DNA of 64,000 nucleotides, taken from NCBI GenBank assembly GCA_947166565.1, contig CAMVEL010000003.1:15277-79276 (forward strand). The letters are read 5' to 3'. The notes beneath the pieces were generated by a model. That model searched no databases and had not been told where the DNA came from. It worked only from the letters and a program-made list of their open reading frames with translations. The stretch comes from an uncultured Erysipelotrichaceae bacterium (GTDB taxonomy: Bacteria > Bacillota_I > Bacilli_A > RFN20 > CAG-826). This document shows, in pieces, positions 33,605-44,300 of this stretch (positions within the stretch are counted from its first letter, which is position 1; each line of letters starts with the position of its first letter). Both the position numbers and the translations under genes were made by a program.

Positions 33605-34560
33605 TCGTTCACCTCCACAAGATTCGGGTCTTCGAGGATCGAGGAAGGAATCGTTATGCCGATTTCATCAACATATGCCTTATTGAGGTAAATCTTTAGG
33701 TCCTCATCATAGATTTTGACGGGGACCTCACTTATTTTCTTCCCCTTAAGGATATCGATGGCCATTTGGCCTGTTTCCTCACCAAGGACGGTGTAATCGA
33801 TGCCGATAGAAAACATGCCGCCATCCTTAACCATGGAATCGGCCCCGACATAACACGGTTTTTTGGCTTTACGGCACTCCTCGCCCAAAACGCTCATCGC
33901 CGAAGCGACCGTATTATCGTCGGTAACGAATATCGCATCGACGCGGTTAATCAAGGCCGAAGCAATTTCCTTCATTTCCCCCGCGGCGGAAATGCTAGCG
34001 GCGTTAAAGGCGATTTCATGGGAGGCGCAATAGGCCTCGATTTTATTCTTATTGCTAACGGAATTGGCTTCCGCGGGGTTATAAATGAAACCTAGTTCGT
34101 CTAGCTCTGGATCGATAAGCAAAGCCTTATCCAAAATCGAATCGACTTGGATGGCGTCGCTTGTACCCGTGATATTGCCCTCGGGCGCGTCGATGTCTTT
34201 GATTAGTCCCGCGCCGACAGGGTCACTGACGGCCGCGAAAACAATCGGGGTATTGTCGGAAAAGCCGTTATAGCAAGCCTGGGCGATCGGGGTTGCTATC
34301 GCTATCGCCAAATCGACCTGTCCTTTTAAAGAGGAGACGATTTGGGAAGCGACATCAAGGGAGAATTCGGCATTCTTGTAAACGATTTGGTAGCCTTCGT
34401 GGGACTTGATCTTTTTCTGGATCGCTTCGTTTATCTCGTTTAACGAGGTGTGGGTCCCCAGTTGGATAATGGCGATTTTCTGATTGTTGTTGGCGTTAGT
34501 GCAACTAGCAATCGAGGTAAGGGAGAATAGGATCGGAAAGAGAATACGGGTGGTTTTCAT
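33601..34560 (-). CDS. ABC transporter substrate-binding lipoprotein (COG2984-type; TrpX-like)
   Basis: The start was trimmed to ATG 34560 (MKTTRILFPILFSLTSIASC, lipobox IASC), which is preceded by AGGAGG. The sequence is typical of this SBP family (KIAIIQLGTHTSLNE...). Confidence 0.75.
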   Translation of the reverse strand: MKTTRILFPILFSLTSIASCTNANNNQKIAIIQLGTHTSLNEINEAIQKKIKSHEGYQIVYKNAEFSLDVASQIVSSLKGQVDLAIAIATPIAQACYNGFSDNTPIVFAAVSDPVGAGLIKDIDAPEGNITGTSDAIQVDSILDKALLIDPELDELGFIYNPAEANSVSNKNKIEAYCASHEIAFNAASISAAGEMKEIASALINRVDAIFVTDDNTVASAMSVLGEECRKAKKPCYVGADSMVKDGGMFSIGIDYTVLGEETGQMAIDILKGKKISEVPVKIYDEDLKIYLNKAYVDEIGITIPSSILEDPNLVEVNE

Positions 34561-34571
34561 GGCATGGCCTC

Positions 34572-34850
34572 CTAAAATAAAATCCGCTGTCCTGAGCAAA
34601 AAGCCATTAGGACAAGCGGTCAAGACCACGCCTGCGGTGCCACCTAATTTGCCTAGAGTTTATTCTAAGCCTCTTGTTAGGACGCCAACACGTCCCTATC
34701 CGATAACGGGGATTACCGTCTACGGCTAGTTGGGGGTTGCCCTTTCGCCAAGCCCTCGAAGGCCCACTTTCCCGTCCGGTGCTCACCGCTTCTCAGCTAC
34801 GCGGCTCTCTGTAAAGCCGTTATGGGACTAACTTCCTTCTCGTCGGTTTA
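34572..34850 (-). promoter_or_regulatory. T-box riboswitch leader, probable tRNA-Trp specificity, with intrinsic terminator
   Basis: The reverse strand has a K-turn-like GACGAGA and an AGAGAG bay. The T-box sequence is AAAUUAGGUGGCACCGCAGG (34650-34631). The terminator is CCGCU(U)GUCCU...AGGACAGCGG followed by AUUUUAUUUU, directly before the SD. The candidate specifier loop is GGGAAAG-UGG-G next to the stem CCUUC/GAAGG. A possible TTGACA -35 lies at 34885-34880. Confidence 0.75.
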
Positions 34851-34985
34851 TATTGAAATAGTGAACCTCTTCCGTCTTTTGTCAATAAGGTTTGGAAAAT
34901 AAGTTGCAAGGCGATTGAAAACAAAACTCTACCTAAAAAGCAATTTGATATCCCATAATATTGCCGTTAGAAAAGGAGAGGCATC

Positions 34986-35777
34986 ATGATCGAAGAGCTA
35001 TCGAAAACCTTGTTCGAGATCGAGAGCAAGGGAGAAAAAGGAAACAGGGAAAAGGTGTGCAGAGACGCCCTTATCGCCTTTTTGAAGGAACTTCGACTCG
35101 CTCTTTTCAATGCCCATTTCTGCGATGACTTCTCGCAGGAGAACCTCCTTTTCCACCTCTCTTCCTCCTATACGATGATCAAGGACGCCTATGGCGAAAG
35201 CTTCGATGCCCATAAGGATAGGATCGATGCTTTCTATCAAGACCTCCCTGCGATTAGAGAGAAACTCATGAAGGACGTGCAGGCCTTTTATGATGGTGAC
35301 CCCGCGGCTAACGACAAGGAGGAAATCGTAGTCGCCTATCCTGGTTTCACCGCGATCTTCTGTTATAGGGTCGCCCATGAGTTCTATCTAAAAGGCGACA
35401 AGAAGACCGCGAGGCTAATTAGCGAATACGCCCATTCCCGCACCGGGATCGACATCCATCCAGGGGCGACCATCGGCGATTCCTTCTTCATAGACCATGG
35501 CACCGGCATCGTCATCGGCGAAACCGCGGTCATCGGAAATAACTGTAAGCTTTATCAAGGCGTTACCCTTGGGGCCCTTTCCTTGAAAAACGGCAGGAAG
35601 CTAATCGGCAAAAAACGCCACCCGACCCTCCTAAATAACGTCGTCATCTATTCTGGCGCAAGCATCTTCGGTGGCGATACCATCATCGGGAACAACGTCA
35701 CGGTCGGCAGTAACGTCGAAATAAAGGAAAGCATCCCCGATGGGACGATTGTCAGGGGCAATTGCGGAAACCAATAG
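34986..35777 (+). CDS. cysE: serine O-acetyltransferase
   Basis: 263-aa ORF. It has the left-handed beta-helix hexapeptide run DIHPGATIGDSFFIDHGTGIVIGETAVIGNNCKLYQGVTLG and the N-terminal SATase helical domain (AAND.EEIVVAYPGF.AIFCYRVAHE). Confidence 0.85.
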   Translation: MIEELSKTLFEIESKGEKGNREKVCRDALIAFLKELRLALFNAHFCDDFSQENLLFHLSSSYTMIKDAYGESFDAHKDRIDAFYQDLPAIREKLMKDVQAFYDGDPAANDKEEIVVAYPGFTAIFCYRVAHEFYLKGDKKTARLISEYAHSRTGIDIHPGATIGDSFFIDHGTGIVIGETAVIGNNCKLYQGVTLGALSLKNGRKLIGKKRHPTLLNNVVIYSGASIFGGDTIIGNNVTVGSNVEIKESIPDGTIVRGNCGNQ

Positions 35778-35804
35778 AACCATAACCAAGTAGCCTAGCA
35801 AGAG

Positions 35805-36500
35805 TTACTTGGTTTTTCTTTTGGGGGAGTTGGAGACCAACGTCCTCGATTTATCGATTAAGGACATAATAAATCCATCGTCCAAAGTCTCGTTAAGAAG
35901 GACGCTGATCCATTTGGTTTTGGACATGTGGTAAGAAGGGAAAATACCCTTGGTCTTCAATATCGCTTCCCTTTCTTTTTCATTAACTTTGAGGTTGATA
36001 ATATCTACATGCCCCTCATCTTTTCCGAAAACGAGGGAATCGACATTCATAATTAGACCATACCATTTCGCGTTGTTTTTATATCGGAAAACGCCGTAAT
36101 GCTCAATCTTTGAGGAAGAGAATGGGAAGTCTGGGGCTTCATCATATTTTTCCTTTATCAAGATGGCTATCCGATTAGCCTGATTAGAAACAAAGGTCTC
36201 GTGTTTGAAGCAAGCTTCTCTGATGGAAAGAAGGATAGCCTTATATTCTTCCCTGATTTCCCCAACGAACCCTCCGTAATAGGCTTCGTTACGTAACGGG
36301 GCGTATTCCTCATTGAAGGTTTTTTCGATAACCCTTCCTTTGAGGAAGCCATTTAGATTGACCGAAATCTCCGCGAGGAATTCGTCATTATGGAAGCTCG
36401 TCGAATAAAAATAGGCATTATCCCTGAAGGAAAAACCATATTCGGGGAGTTTATCCAAGATAACCTGGTATGAAGCGAATGCCTTTTCTTCGATTGTCAT
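35805..36500 (-). CDS. MmcQ/YjbR-like protein (two-domain)
   Basis: 231-aa ORF. The C-terminal half (KWYGLIMNV...INLKV...PSYHMSKTKWISVLL) matches the YjbR fold pattern. Confidence 0.5.
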   Translation of the reverse strand: MTIEEKAFASYQVILDKLPEYGFSFRDNAYFYSTSFHNDEFLAEISVNLNGFLKGRVIEKTFNEEYAPLRNEAYYGGFVGEIREEYKAILLSIREACFKHETFVSNQANRIAILIKEKYDEAPDFPFSSSKIEHYGVFRYKNNAKWYGLIMNVDSLVFGKDEGHVDIINLKVNEKEREAILKTKGIFPSYHMSKTKWISVLLNETLDDGFIMSLIDKSRTLVSNSPKRKTK

Positions 36501-36504
36501 GTTT

Positions 36505-37302
36505 CTATTCTAATGGACAATGCCTAACAAGGTTGAGGTCATAATCCCTCACCAGTTTAAGGAAAGTATCGTAATCCGCGGTTTGGTAATGGGATGGAGA
36601 ATGGGCATCGACCCCAAAGACGACCTTGCACCCTTCTTGCCCGACGATCTCCCAAAATGGGGGATAAGGGTAAATAAACAACTCCCTAGGATCGAATTCC
36701 CCTTTAGGATAACGCCTAGCCTGGGAGACGTTTATCTCAAGGGGGATATCGAACTCTTTCGCCGCTTTGGCGATCCTTCTTGAGGCCTCTTCGTGGTAGG
36801 GTTCAAAGGAATTGCTATAGAGCATGAAGAAATCGGGATGGGCGACATAAAGGAAAAGACCCGAACGCATTCCTTCGATTAGGTCCTCTGTGTAGTGTTT
36901 AACCGCTTCTTCGGTCGAGACTCCAGAGGTATACCAATAGGTCTTCCCGCCTTTGTAATAACAATGCTGTCCCATGATGAGGTAATCGATGATTCCATCA
37001 TCCAAAAGGTGTTTGTAATAATGGGCAAATTCCTTCATATATTCCGCCTCAAAACCAAGGTGGATATCGATTTTCCCTTTGTATTTCTCCCTGAGCCTTT
37101 TGACCGAATTCACATAATCATCGAGCATGGAGATATCGCCCCTCATCCTTGGGGCGAATATCCCAGGAAGGAAGACATGGTCGGAAAAACCCATATGGGT
37201 GAAGCCTTGTTTAATCGCGGCGAGGACGTATTCTTCGTCTTCTCCTTCCGCATGTCCACAACGGAAGGTATGGGAATGGAGGTTATAATCCAAATCTTTC
37301 AT
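36505..37302 (-). CDS. PHP-domain histidinol-phosphatase, HisJ family
   Basis: 265-aa ORF with N-terminal DYNLHSHTFRCGHA (H-x-H) and later metal-ligand His/Asp motifs (FSDH, AHPD, GVDAHS). Confidence 0.7.
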   Translation of the reverse strand: MKDLDYNLHSHTFRCGHAEGEDEEYVLAAIKQGFTHMGFSDHVFLPGIFAPRMRGDISMLDDYVNSVKRLREKYKGKIDIHLGFEAEYMKEFAHYYKHLLDDGIIDYLIMGQHCYYKGGKTYWYTSGVSTEEAVKHYTEDLIEGMRSGLFLYVAHPDFFMLYSNSFEPYHEEASRRIAKAAKEFDIPLEINVSQARRYPKGEFDPRELFIYPYPPFWEIVGQEGCKVVFGVDAHSPSHYQTADYDTFLKLVRDYDLNLVRHCPLE

Positions 37303-38038
37303 CGTAATATACCTTCTCTAAAGTAAGGCCTTCCGCGGGGGCCTTATAGGAAGTCGCTTTCTTGCTGCGGTCAAGCAAGGAGGCCTTGATATCCTCGATG
37401 GTGTTTTTTCCATAGCTCACCATATAGGCCGAACCGACCATATAACGGATTTGATAGGTCATGAAACCATTGGAAATCAATGTGATGCATCCTTCCTTTT
37501 TATCTTCATCCACCTTGCAATCGATCTTCTCGATATTACGGATAAAGCCATCCTTATCGTCCTTCTTGCTCGTAAAGCAAAAGAAATCATGTTCCCCTAG
37601 AAATACTTGAAGGGCTTCAAAGAAAGGTTCGACCTTAAACCCCGGCATAGCAAAATAACCATACGTTTCCTTCTTAAATGGGTCTTTCTCCCCATAATAG
37701 AAGTGATACGAATATTCCTTTTTGATAGATGAATGACGTGGATCAAAGCCATCTGGAACCTCTATAAGCCTTTTGACCGCGATATCCTTGGGAAGAAGGC
37801 GGTTAAGGGCGTGCTTGAAGGATTTTAGGTTAGGCTTCCTATCGATTTCGAAGGCGAAGACCTGTCCTTTCGCGTTTACCCCGGCGTCAGTTCGTCCCGC
37901 GGCTTTGATGGTGACTTCCTTGCCAACGACAATTGAAAGGACCTCCTCCAATTTGCTTTGGATGGAGGGATGGTTCTTTTGCCTTTGGAATCCCATATAG
38001 GCCGAACCGACATAGCTAAGAATTCCCGCGATTTTCAT
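37283..38038 (-). CDS. truA: tRNA pseudouridine(38-40) synthase
   Basis: 251-aa ORF with catalytic GRTDAGVNA. It follows ecfT, as in Firmicutes synteny. Confidence 0.9.
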   Translation of the reverse strand: MKIAGILSYVGSAYMGFQRQKNHPSIQSKLEEVLSIVVGKEVTIKAAGRTDAGVNAKGQVFAFEIDRKPNLKSFKHALNRLLPKDIAVKRLIEVPDGFDPRHSSIKKEYSYHFYYGEKDPFKKETYGYFAMPGFKVEPFFEALQVFLGEHDFFCFTSKKDDKDGFIRNIEKIDCKVDEDKKEGCITLISNGFMTYQIRYMVGSAYMVSYGKNTIEDIKASLLDRSKKATSYKAPAEGLTLEKVYYDERFGL

Positions 38039-38949
38039 GGCAAGGATACCTTAAACCAAGATTCGATAAAATCGAAGTGGGTAACGATTAAGACGATGAA
38101 TAAAGCCAAGACGGCGGAAGCGAAGAGGAAGAAAAACAAATCACCAAAATGGAAACGGTATTTATGGTAACGGGTCCTCTTTCCTTTGGGGTCATAACCC
38201 CTGCAGATCATCGCATAGGCGAGTTCCTCACTCCTAGTGAAAGCGGAGACGAAGAGAGGGATTATCAAAGAGGTCAAGCCAACGATTTTCCTTCTTATCC
38301 CCCCGTTAGAATAACTAGCCCCTCTCGAAGCCTGGGCTTTGGAGATGCGGTCGACGTCTTCCAAAAGGGTAGGAATAAAGCGTAAGGCGATCGATATCGT
38401 CATCGCGAATATCTCCGCGATCGGGGCGTAAATAATCTTCAAGGGGGTCAAATACCATTGTAAGGCATAGGTCAAATCAAGAGGCTTAGTGGTCGCGGTA
38501 AGCAAGAAAGTGAACATCATGACGATCGTTAACCTGCCGATGACTCTTCCAGCGGAAGCAAACGAATCCCAATAGACCGTCCAGTTCATCTGTTCGACCC
38601 TAAAGGCTATCCCAAGGGTCGGAACGGTGAAATTAGGTAGCAGGATATAGAGAATCATCAAAATCAAAATGGTGAACCATAACGATTTCATCGAACTCCA
38701 TAATTTCAAGGGGTTGATCCTTGCTATTGCAAAGAAAAGAAGGGCCAAGACAAGGAAAATCCCCAGCATGATTGCGCTGATGGTCCAGGCGGTGACGGTC
38801 ACATCCTTCCCTTCGTGGAGAACGCTCCTTTCAAAGGGGAGGAAAAGACAAACGACCAAAGCCAGGGTAGCGAAAATCTTCACCCTCGGATCAAGGCGGT
38901 GAAGGGGGCTTTCAACCGGGATATATCTTCCTAGGGCGAAGTCCTTCAT
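38035..38949 (-). CDS. ecfT: ECF transporter transmembrane (T) component
   Basis: 304-aa polytopic ORF directly after two ECF ATPase genes. It has the A-R-G coupling motifs (AQASRGAS..., ICRGYD). Confidence 0.85.
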   Translation of the reverse strand: MKDFALGRYIPVESPLHRLDPRVKIFATLALVVCLFLPFERSVLHEGKDVTVTAWTISAIMLGIFLVLALLFFAIARINPLKLWSSMKSLWFTILILMILYILLPNFTVPTLGIAFRVEQMNWTVYWDSFASAGRVIGRLTIVMMFTFLLTATTKPLDLTYALQWYLTPLKIIYAPIAEIFAMTISIALRFIPTLLEDVDRISKAQASRGASYSNGGIRRKIVGLTSLIIPLFVSAFTRSEELAYAMICRGYDPKGKRTRYHKYRFHFGDLFFFLFASAVLALFIVLIVTHFDFIESWFKVSLP

Positions 38950-39806
38950 TTGGCTCCTCCCTTGTTTTTGAGGATGTTATCCGCGAATAGCGAAACGTCT
39001 TTTAACGATTCCTTATCTATCTTCATTCCCTTCTCGTTTAGGGTCTTGGCCAAAGCGAATATCGGAGGTGTCTCCAAAGAGAAATCCTCGAGGTTTTCCT
39101 TAAATAAATCAAAAGGAGAGGAATCGCGGACGACCTTTCCTTTATCCATGACGATGGCCCTATTCGCATAACCAAGGACCAAATTCATGTCATGGGTAAC
39201 GAAAAGGATAGTGGTCCCCGATTCGTTAATGGAACGGAATAGATCCATCATGGCTTTGGCCCCGCTTGGGTCAAGCCCCGCGGTTGGTTCATCGAGAATC
39301 AAATATTTTGGACCATAAGCCAAAATCCCGGCTATCGCCGCGCGGCGCTTCTCGCCTCCTGAAAGCTCAAAGGGGGAACGTTTATAGAACTCTTCCCCTA
39401 GTCCAACCTTGGCTAAGGCTTCATGGGCTTTCCTATAGGCTTCTTCTTGGCTGTCACCGAAGTTCTTAGGGGCGAAGGCCACGTCTTTTTCAATGGTCTC
39501 CTCAAAGAGCTGGGATTCCGAAAACTGAAACACGACCCCCACGGATTTACGGACATGATGGAGTTTCTTGCTTCTTCTTTTCTTATCGCTGGAAGAGATG
39601 AATTCGTCGACGATGACTTCGCCTTCCTCCGGTTCAAGGAGGGCGTTTATATGTTGGACGAGCGTGGATTTGCCGCATCCAGTCCTGCCGATAAGGGCAA
39701 CGAATTCCCCTTCCTCGATTTTAAAGGAGACATCGTCAAGGGCTTTCTTGGCGATTTTAGATTTGGGGTTATAGGTAAAGGAAACGTGGGAGAATTCTAT
39801 TGGCAT
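38946..39806 (-). CDS. ecfA2: ECF transporter ATPase A2
   Basis: 286-aa ABC ATPase with GRTGCGKST, LSGGEKRR and LILDEPTAGLD. It is second in the ecfA1-ecfA2-ecfT order. Confidence 0.85.
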   Translation of the reverse strand: MPIEFSHVSFTYNPKSKIAKKALDDVSFKIEEGEFVALIGRTGCGKSTLVQHINALLEPEEGEVIVDEFISSSDKKRRSKKLHHVRKSVGVVFQFSESQLFEETIEKDVAFAPKNFGDSQEEAYRKAHEALAKVGLGEEFYKRSPFELSGGEKRRAAIAGILAYGPKYLILDEPTAGLDPSGAKAMMDLFRSINESGTTILFVTHDMNLVLGYANRAIVMDKGKVVRDSSPFDLFKENLEDFSLETPPIFALAKTLNEKGMKIDKESLKDVSLFADNILKNKGGAK

Positions 39807-40618
39807 AAATATTCCCCCAATTTCTCAATAGTATCGATATCTTCCGGTATCTCCAAACCCTTTTCCTTCAAACAGGCGATGAGTTTATAGATAAACGGGA
39901 CGTCCAAAGACGCCTTTTTTAATTCATCCATGTAGGAGAAAACGGATTTCGGAGTCCCTTGCAAGAGCAACTTTCCATCATTTAGAACCAAGACCTCGTC
40001 CGCTTTGGCGGCCTCTTCCAAATCATGGGTGATCGAAAGGATGGTAAGTTCCGGCTTTTCCTTTCTGATGTTAGAGATAAGGGAGTCGACCTCGGCTTTG
40101 CCTTTGGGGTCGAGCATCGCGGTTGCTTCGTCGAGGATGAGAATCTCCGGGGACATAGCAAGGACGCCTGCCAAAGCAACGCGCTGCTTCTGACCTCCTG
40201 AAAGGGATGAAGGTTCCCTATCTAGATAATCTTCCATCCTAACGGATTTGACGAACCTATCGATAATAGGTTGCATCTCCTTTTGGGGAACCGCTTTGTT
40301 TTCTAAGCCAAAGGCGATATCGTCCGCGACCGTTGAGCCGACGAATTGGTTGTCCGGGTTTTGGAAGACGATGCCGATCTTCGAACGGAGGGAGTTGATG
40401 TTTTTCCGACTTACCAACTCATCTAAGATATATATCTCGCCTTTATAGTCGCTTAATAGGCCGACGAGGATTTTGGCTAAAGTCGATTTTCCCGATCCGT
40501 TATGTCCAAGAATGCAGACGTAGGTTCCTTTTTCAATAGAAAAGGATATCCCCTTAAGGGCAAGCTTCTCGCTTTGATAGGCGAGTTCAAGATTCTCCAC
40601 CCTAATCGCGCTGCTCAT
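39797..40618 (-). CDS. ecfA1: ECF transporter ATPase A1
   Basis: 273-aa ABC ATPase with GHNGSGKST, LSGGQKQRV and LILDEATAMLD. Confidence 0.85.
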   Translation of the reverse strand: MSSAIRVENLELAYQSEKLALKGISFSIEKGTYVCILGHNGSGKSTLAKILVGLLSDYKGEIYILDELVSRKNINSLRSKIGIVFQNPDNQFVGSTVADDIAFGLENKAVPQKEMQPIIDRFVKSVRMEDYLDREPSSLSGGQKQRVALAGVLAMSPEILILDEATAMLDPKGKAEVDSLISNIRKEKPELTILSITHDLEEAAKADEVLVLNDGKLLLQGTPKSVFSYMDELKKASLDVPFIYKLIACLKEKGLEIPEDIDTIEKLGEYLCQ

Positions 40619-40666
40619 TCTTAAAAATTGAGTCTTCCTTATCCATTTAACGGATACATGTATCCA

Positions 40667-41152
40667 TTATTTGACTTCGACCTTGACGTTTCTTCCTTCG
40701 TATTTGCGGTAGGTGACGCCGGCCATATCGAGGATGCGCCTAGAGGCTTGTTCCTCAACGTGATCATGGTATTTGTCGTCTTCGTAAACTATGTGTTTGA
40801 TTCCGGTTTGGACGATGGCTTTCGCGCATTCGTTGCAGGGGAACAAAGTCACATAGATGGTGCAGCCGCTTAAGGCGCTGCCATCACGGGTATTAAGAAT
40901 CGCGTTGAATTCGGCGTGGCAAACATAGAGATATTTTGAATCGAGCCCTTCCCCGTGTCCCCAGGGTATCTTGTCGTCATCGACGCCACGGGGCATGCCG
41001 TTATAACCGATGGAGACGACTTTGTGGTTTTGATCGACGATGCAGGCCCCCACTTGAGTCGATGGGTCTTTGCTTCTCAAAGCAGAAAGCTTTGCGATTC
41101 CCATAAAGTATTCATCCCATTTGAGATTGTCATTACGATGCTTTTCTTCCAT
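40667..41152 (-). CDS. comEB: dCMP deaminase (ComEB-type cytidine/deoxycytidylate deaminase)
   Basis: 161-aa ORF with the zinc motifs HAEFNAI and PCNECAK. Confidence 0.85.
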   Translation of the reverse strand: MEEKHRNDNLKWDEYFMGIAKLSALRSKDPSTQVGACIVDQNHKVVSIGYNGMPRGVDDDKIPWGHGEGLDSKYLYVCHAEFNAILNTRDGSALSGCTIYVTLFPCNECAKAIVQTGIKHIVYEDDKYHDHVEEQASRRILDMAGVTYRKYEGRNVKVEVK

Positions 41153-41316
41153 TTCGATTTACCTCTTCGCTACGCATATTATAATATGCGCATAATGGCT
41201 TTTGCCAAATGAAATCGAATCTGACGCCCTTTACATACGGTCGCGCTTTCGCGTATACTTTTCTAGCCCACCGAGAATAACTCTTGTATGTGTATAATCT
41301 GTGCGAGGAGGACTTT

Positions 41317-44300
41317 ATGCCCAAACGTTTTATGAATATTTGGCGAACTTTGGTAACTGCTTTTTTGGCTGCCTCCTTGGTTATCCCCGCGGCTGCCGAA
41401 GCTATTGTTTCCGCTCCATTGGAGACGAAGGCCGAAACGATCAAAGATTATGGTTATGTCGCCAAAGAGGCTGAAAAAAACGAGAACACCGTCAATATCG
41501 AGAGACAATTCGTCCATTATTTCGATGAGAGCAATGGAATGACCGTTGTCGCTCCAGAAGGCGACGCGCCAACTTGCGATTATTGGACCCCATATGCCGG
41601 AAGCGAACGTTCGGGCGCTGGATATAACGGCGGAAGAGACGCTGGTAGTTTAAGCATTGTCGGCGATAGTGGGTTGACAGATAGGGGTTATTTCAATCCT
41701 TCCAATTCCTTTGATTACAATTCCGTGGAAGTCGGGGGTTCGGCGACCTTTAATTTCACTTTCCATAAGGTGACCGAAGCGAATTACAGCGGACCCATGC
41801 AGCAATATCATGTCGCCGATTGCCAAACAAGGAGTCTTTATAACTACTCCTTATCCAGCAGTATCGGCGTTGGGATGATGATGATTCTTAGGCGTCATAA
41901 AGGCGAGAGGAACTGGTCCAAAATCAACGGGGCAGAATACCATAATCTCCCAGACGGAGCCGTTTGCACCTATACCCCGGATAGCGAGGACATCTTCAAG
42001 GGAACTTACTTCATGTTCGTTTCCGCTTATCAGTATTACCGTTATGAAAAAACCGCGAGTGCCTTTTGGATCACCAGGGTCCATTGGGTTTTCTATTCGG
42101 TCCTCCAATATGTGACGGTCTACCTCGCTAAAGGCGGAACAACCCTGAAATTCGCCCAAGAGACCGCGCCAATCCAAAACTATTCGTTGCAGCCCAAACT
42201 TTATGAACCCGTCATCAACGGTGAGAACATCCATTTAAGCCAAGGGACGCTTAAAAACAAAACCGCACTTCCTAGAGAGACTCCATTAGGAAGCGTCACC
42301 ATTTCCGGCGAACTTGTGCCAGGCGGGAACAGCGGAGCCACAATTGAGAGGGACGTGCCTTTATATTTCTATAACGGCGTTGCCAATAAGATTAACGTTT
42401 CCTTCACGGACAATTCGAGCGCCTATTCCTCATGGACCCAAACGAATTCGACGATCAAAAAGATTGAGTCGGTGCATATCAACAATGGGAAAACCAACAT
42501 TGTCCAACATGAGCTAAACACAACTCTTAAGACATCCAATTTCTTTGTCCAAGGCTTAGCGAAGAACGAGGACGAGAAATACGAATGGTTCGATGTAAAT
42601 GAAGTCTCCAACAAGACGTGTTCCATCTCCGCGATGGTTTTGGGCCAATACGATTTGTTCAGGGCCCTTATAGTCAGCCCAATGAAATATAACGGTAGGG
42701 AATTCGTGGAGATCATCGCTTTCTATTTCATCATCGAAACGGACGTAACGCGTTTCCAGAATTCATACGCGCTTGATGGAACCAAGGCGGATATCTATGC
42801 CGCGGCGGCGGCCTCAACTTTGAACGATGGCTCTATATGCCTTTCTTCTTTCTCTGTTTCGAATAACCCCGCTTACCAAATCGAATACGCCTATAACGCC
42901 CAGGGTTATCAGGCGGTTCCCTGGACTATGGTAGATGGCATGCAAATCAAGAAATTCACGGAGCCCGGGAAATACCGTTTCAGGGTCACCAACGACTTCT
43001 TGGAAGTCTCCACGACCACCATCTATATCCTCGGGACCAATGATAAGTTATCCAGGAACGTTTTCTTCGGGGAGAATGGCAGCGGGAACCTCATCGAAGA
43101 TAGGAACCAAAGGGTCTACGCCCCTGATTCAAGAGTCCCATGTTATAAAACCGGCTCGAAATTCACTATCAACGGCGGACAATTCAAACCTGGCTTATAT
43201 GGCTCAATCAGCAGGGTCAATTCCGATGGCAGCGTCGAAACTCTTCAGGCATTTGAAGATCTTCATGAAGCCATGACCGGTTATTTCTATGAGACCGGCC
43301 ATTATATCGTCGGGGTCGATGTCGGTTCTCCTGATGCGGTTGGCGATAAGCTTTCCTATACCGCCTATTTCTCAATTGTCGATGGCGACGATTATCTCCC
43401 AACCGTCAACTATGATCTCCTCCATAGTGGGATTTTCACTACTTCCTTCATCCCAAAGGTCTATACGGTCAATCTCCAAAGCAAGGGCCCAGGATCCTAT
43501 ATCTTCGTCTTCCCACATACCGAGGAAGGCTATGTCGAAGCCCTTGATCTAGCCATGGAAATCGAATCCTATGACATGGAAGATCTAGGGGATGGCACCT
43601 ACCGTTATCCGAAAGAGGCGGGAACCATCTACGATTCCAAATTCGATTTGTTTGACGCGATTAAGAATAATGCGAAACATAGGATTTCCGACGCTTTCCT
43701 TGATCCAAACGAATTCATCACCGAAGGGGAATATGAAATCGAAAACGTTATGGAAGAATCTCTTCCTAACGATATGTACGTCGTTCCCGATGAGGACGTG
43801 TTCGCTTCTTTGGTCGCTGACCCGGTTTATATCAATGGCTTTACGTTCACCCAGCTTAGGGATTACGAAACCATCGGGGCGATCATGACCTCTGAATCAG
43901 GACGCGAATACGAAGTCCCATGCGGCGTCCTCGTCGATGATATCCTTGAGGAAAGCGGCTTCTACACCGTCGATGAATATAACCATTGCGGCGTTCGTAC
44001 CTACCAAGTCATCTATTTGAAAGATGGTGTTATCGACGCGCGTTTCTCCTTGAAATACATGCTTCCCGATGGACGTATCGCCAAAAAGGGAGTCGCAAAA
44101 GGTAATCAAGGGAGCATCGAAGCCGAGAAATTCTATTTCGCGGAAGCTACCGACAAATACGACCCATATGATGTCGTTACCTTCGTGGAACAAGACGGCA
44201 AACAACATCAATACCTCATGGATGAATTACACGGAAAGATCGTTTCGGGAAAAGGAAATGTCACGGTTAAGGTTCATAACCGTCTAGGTCATGATTATTC

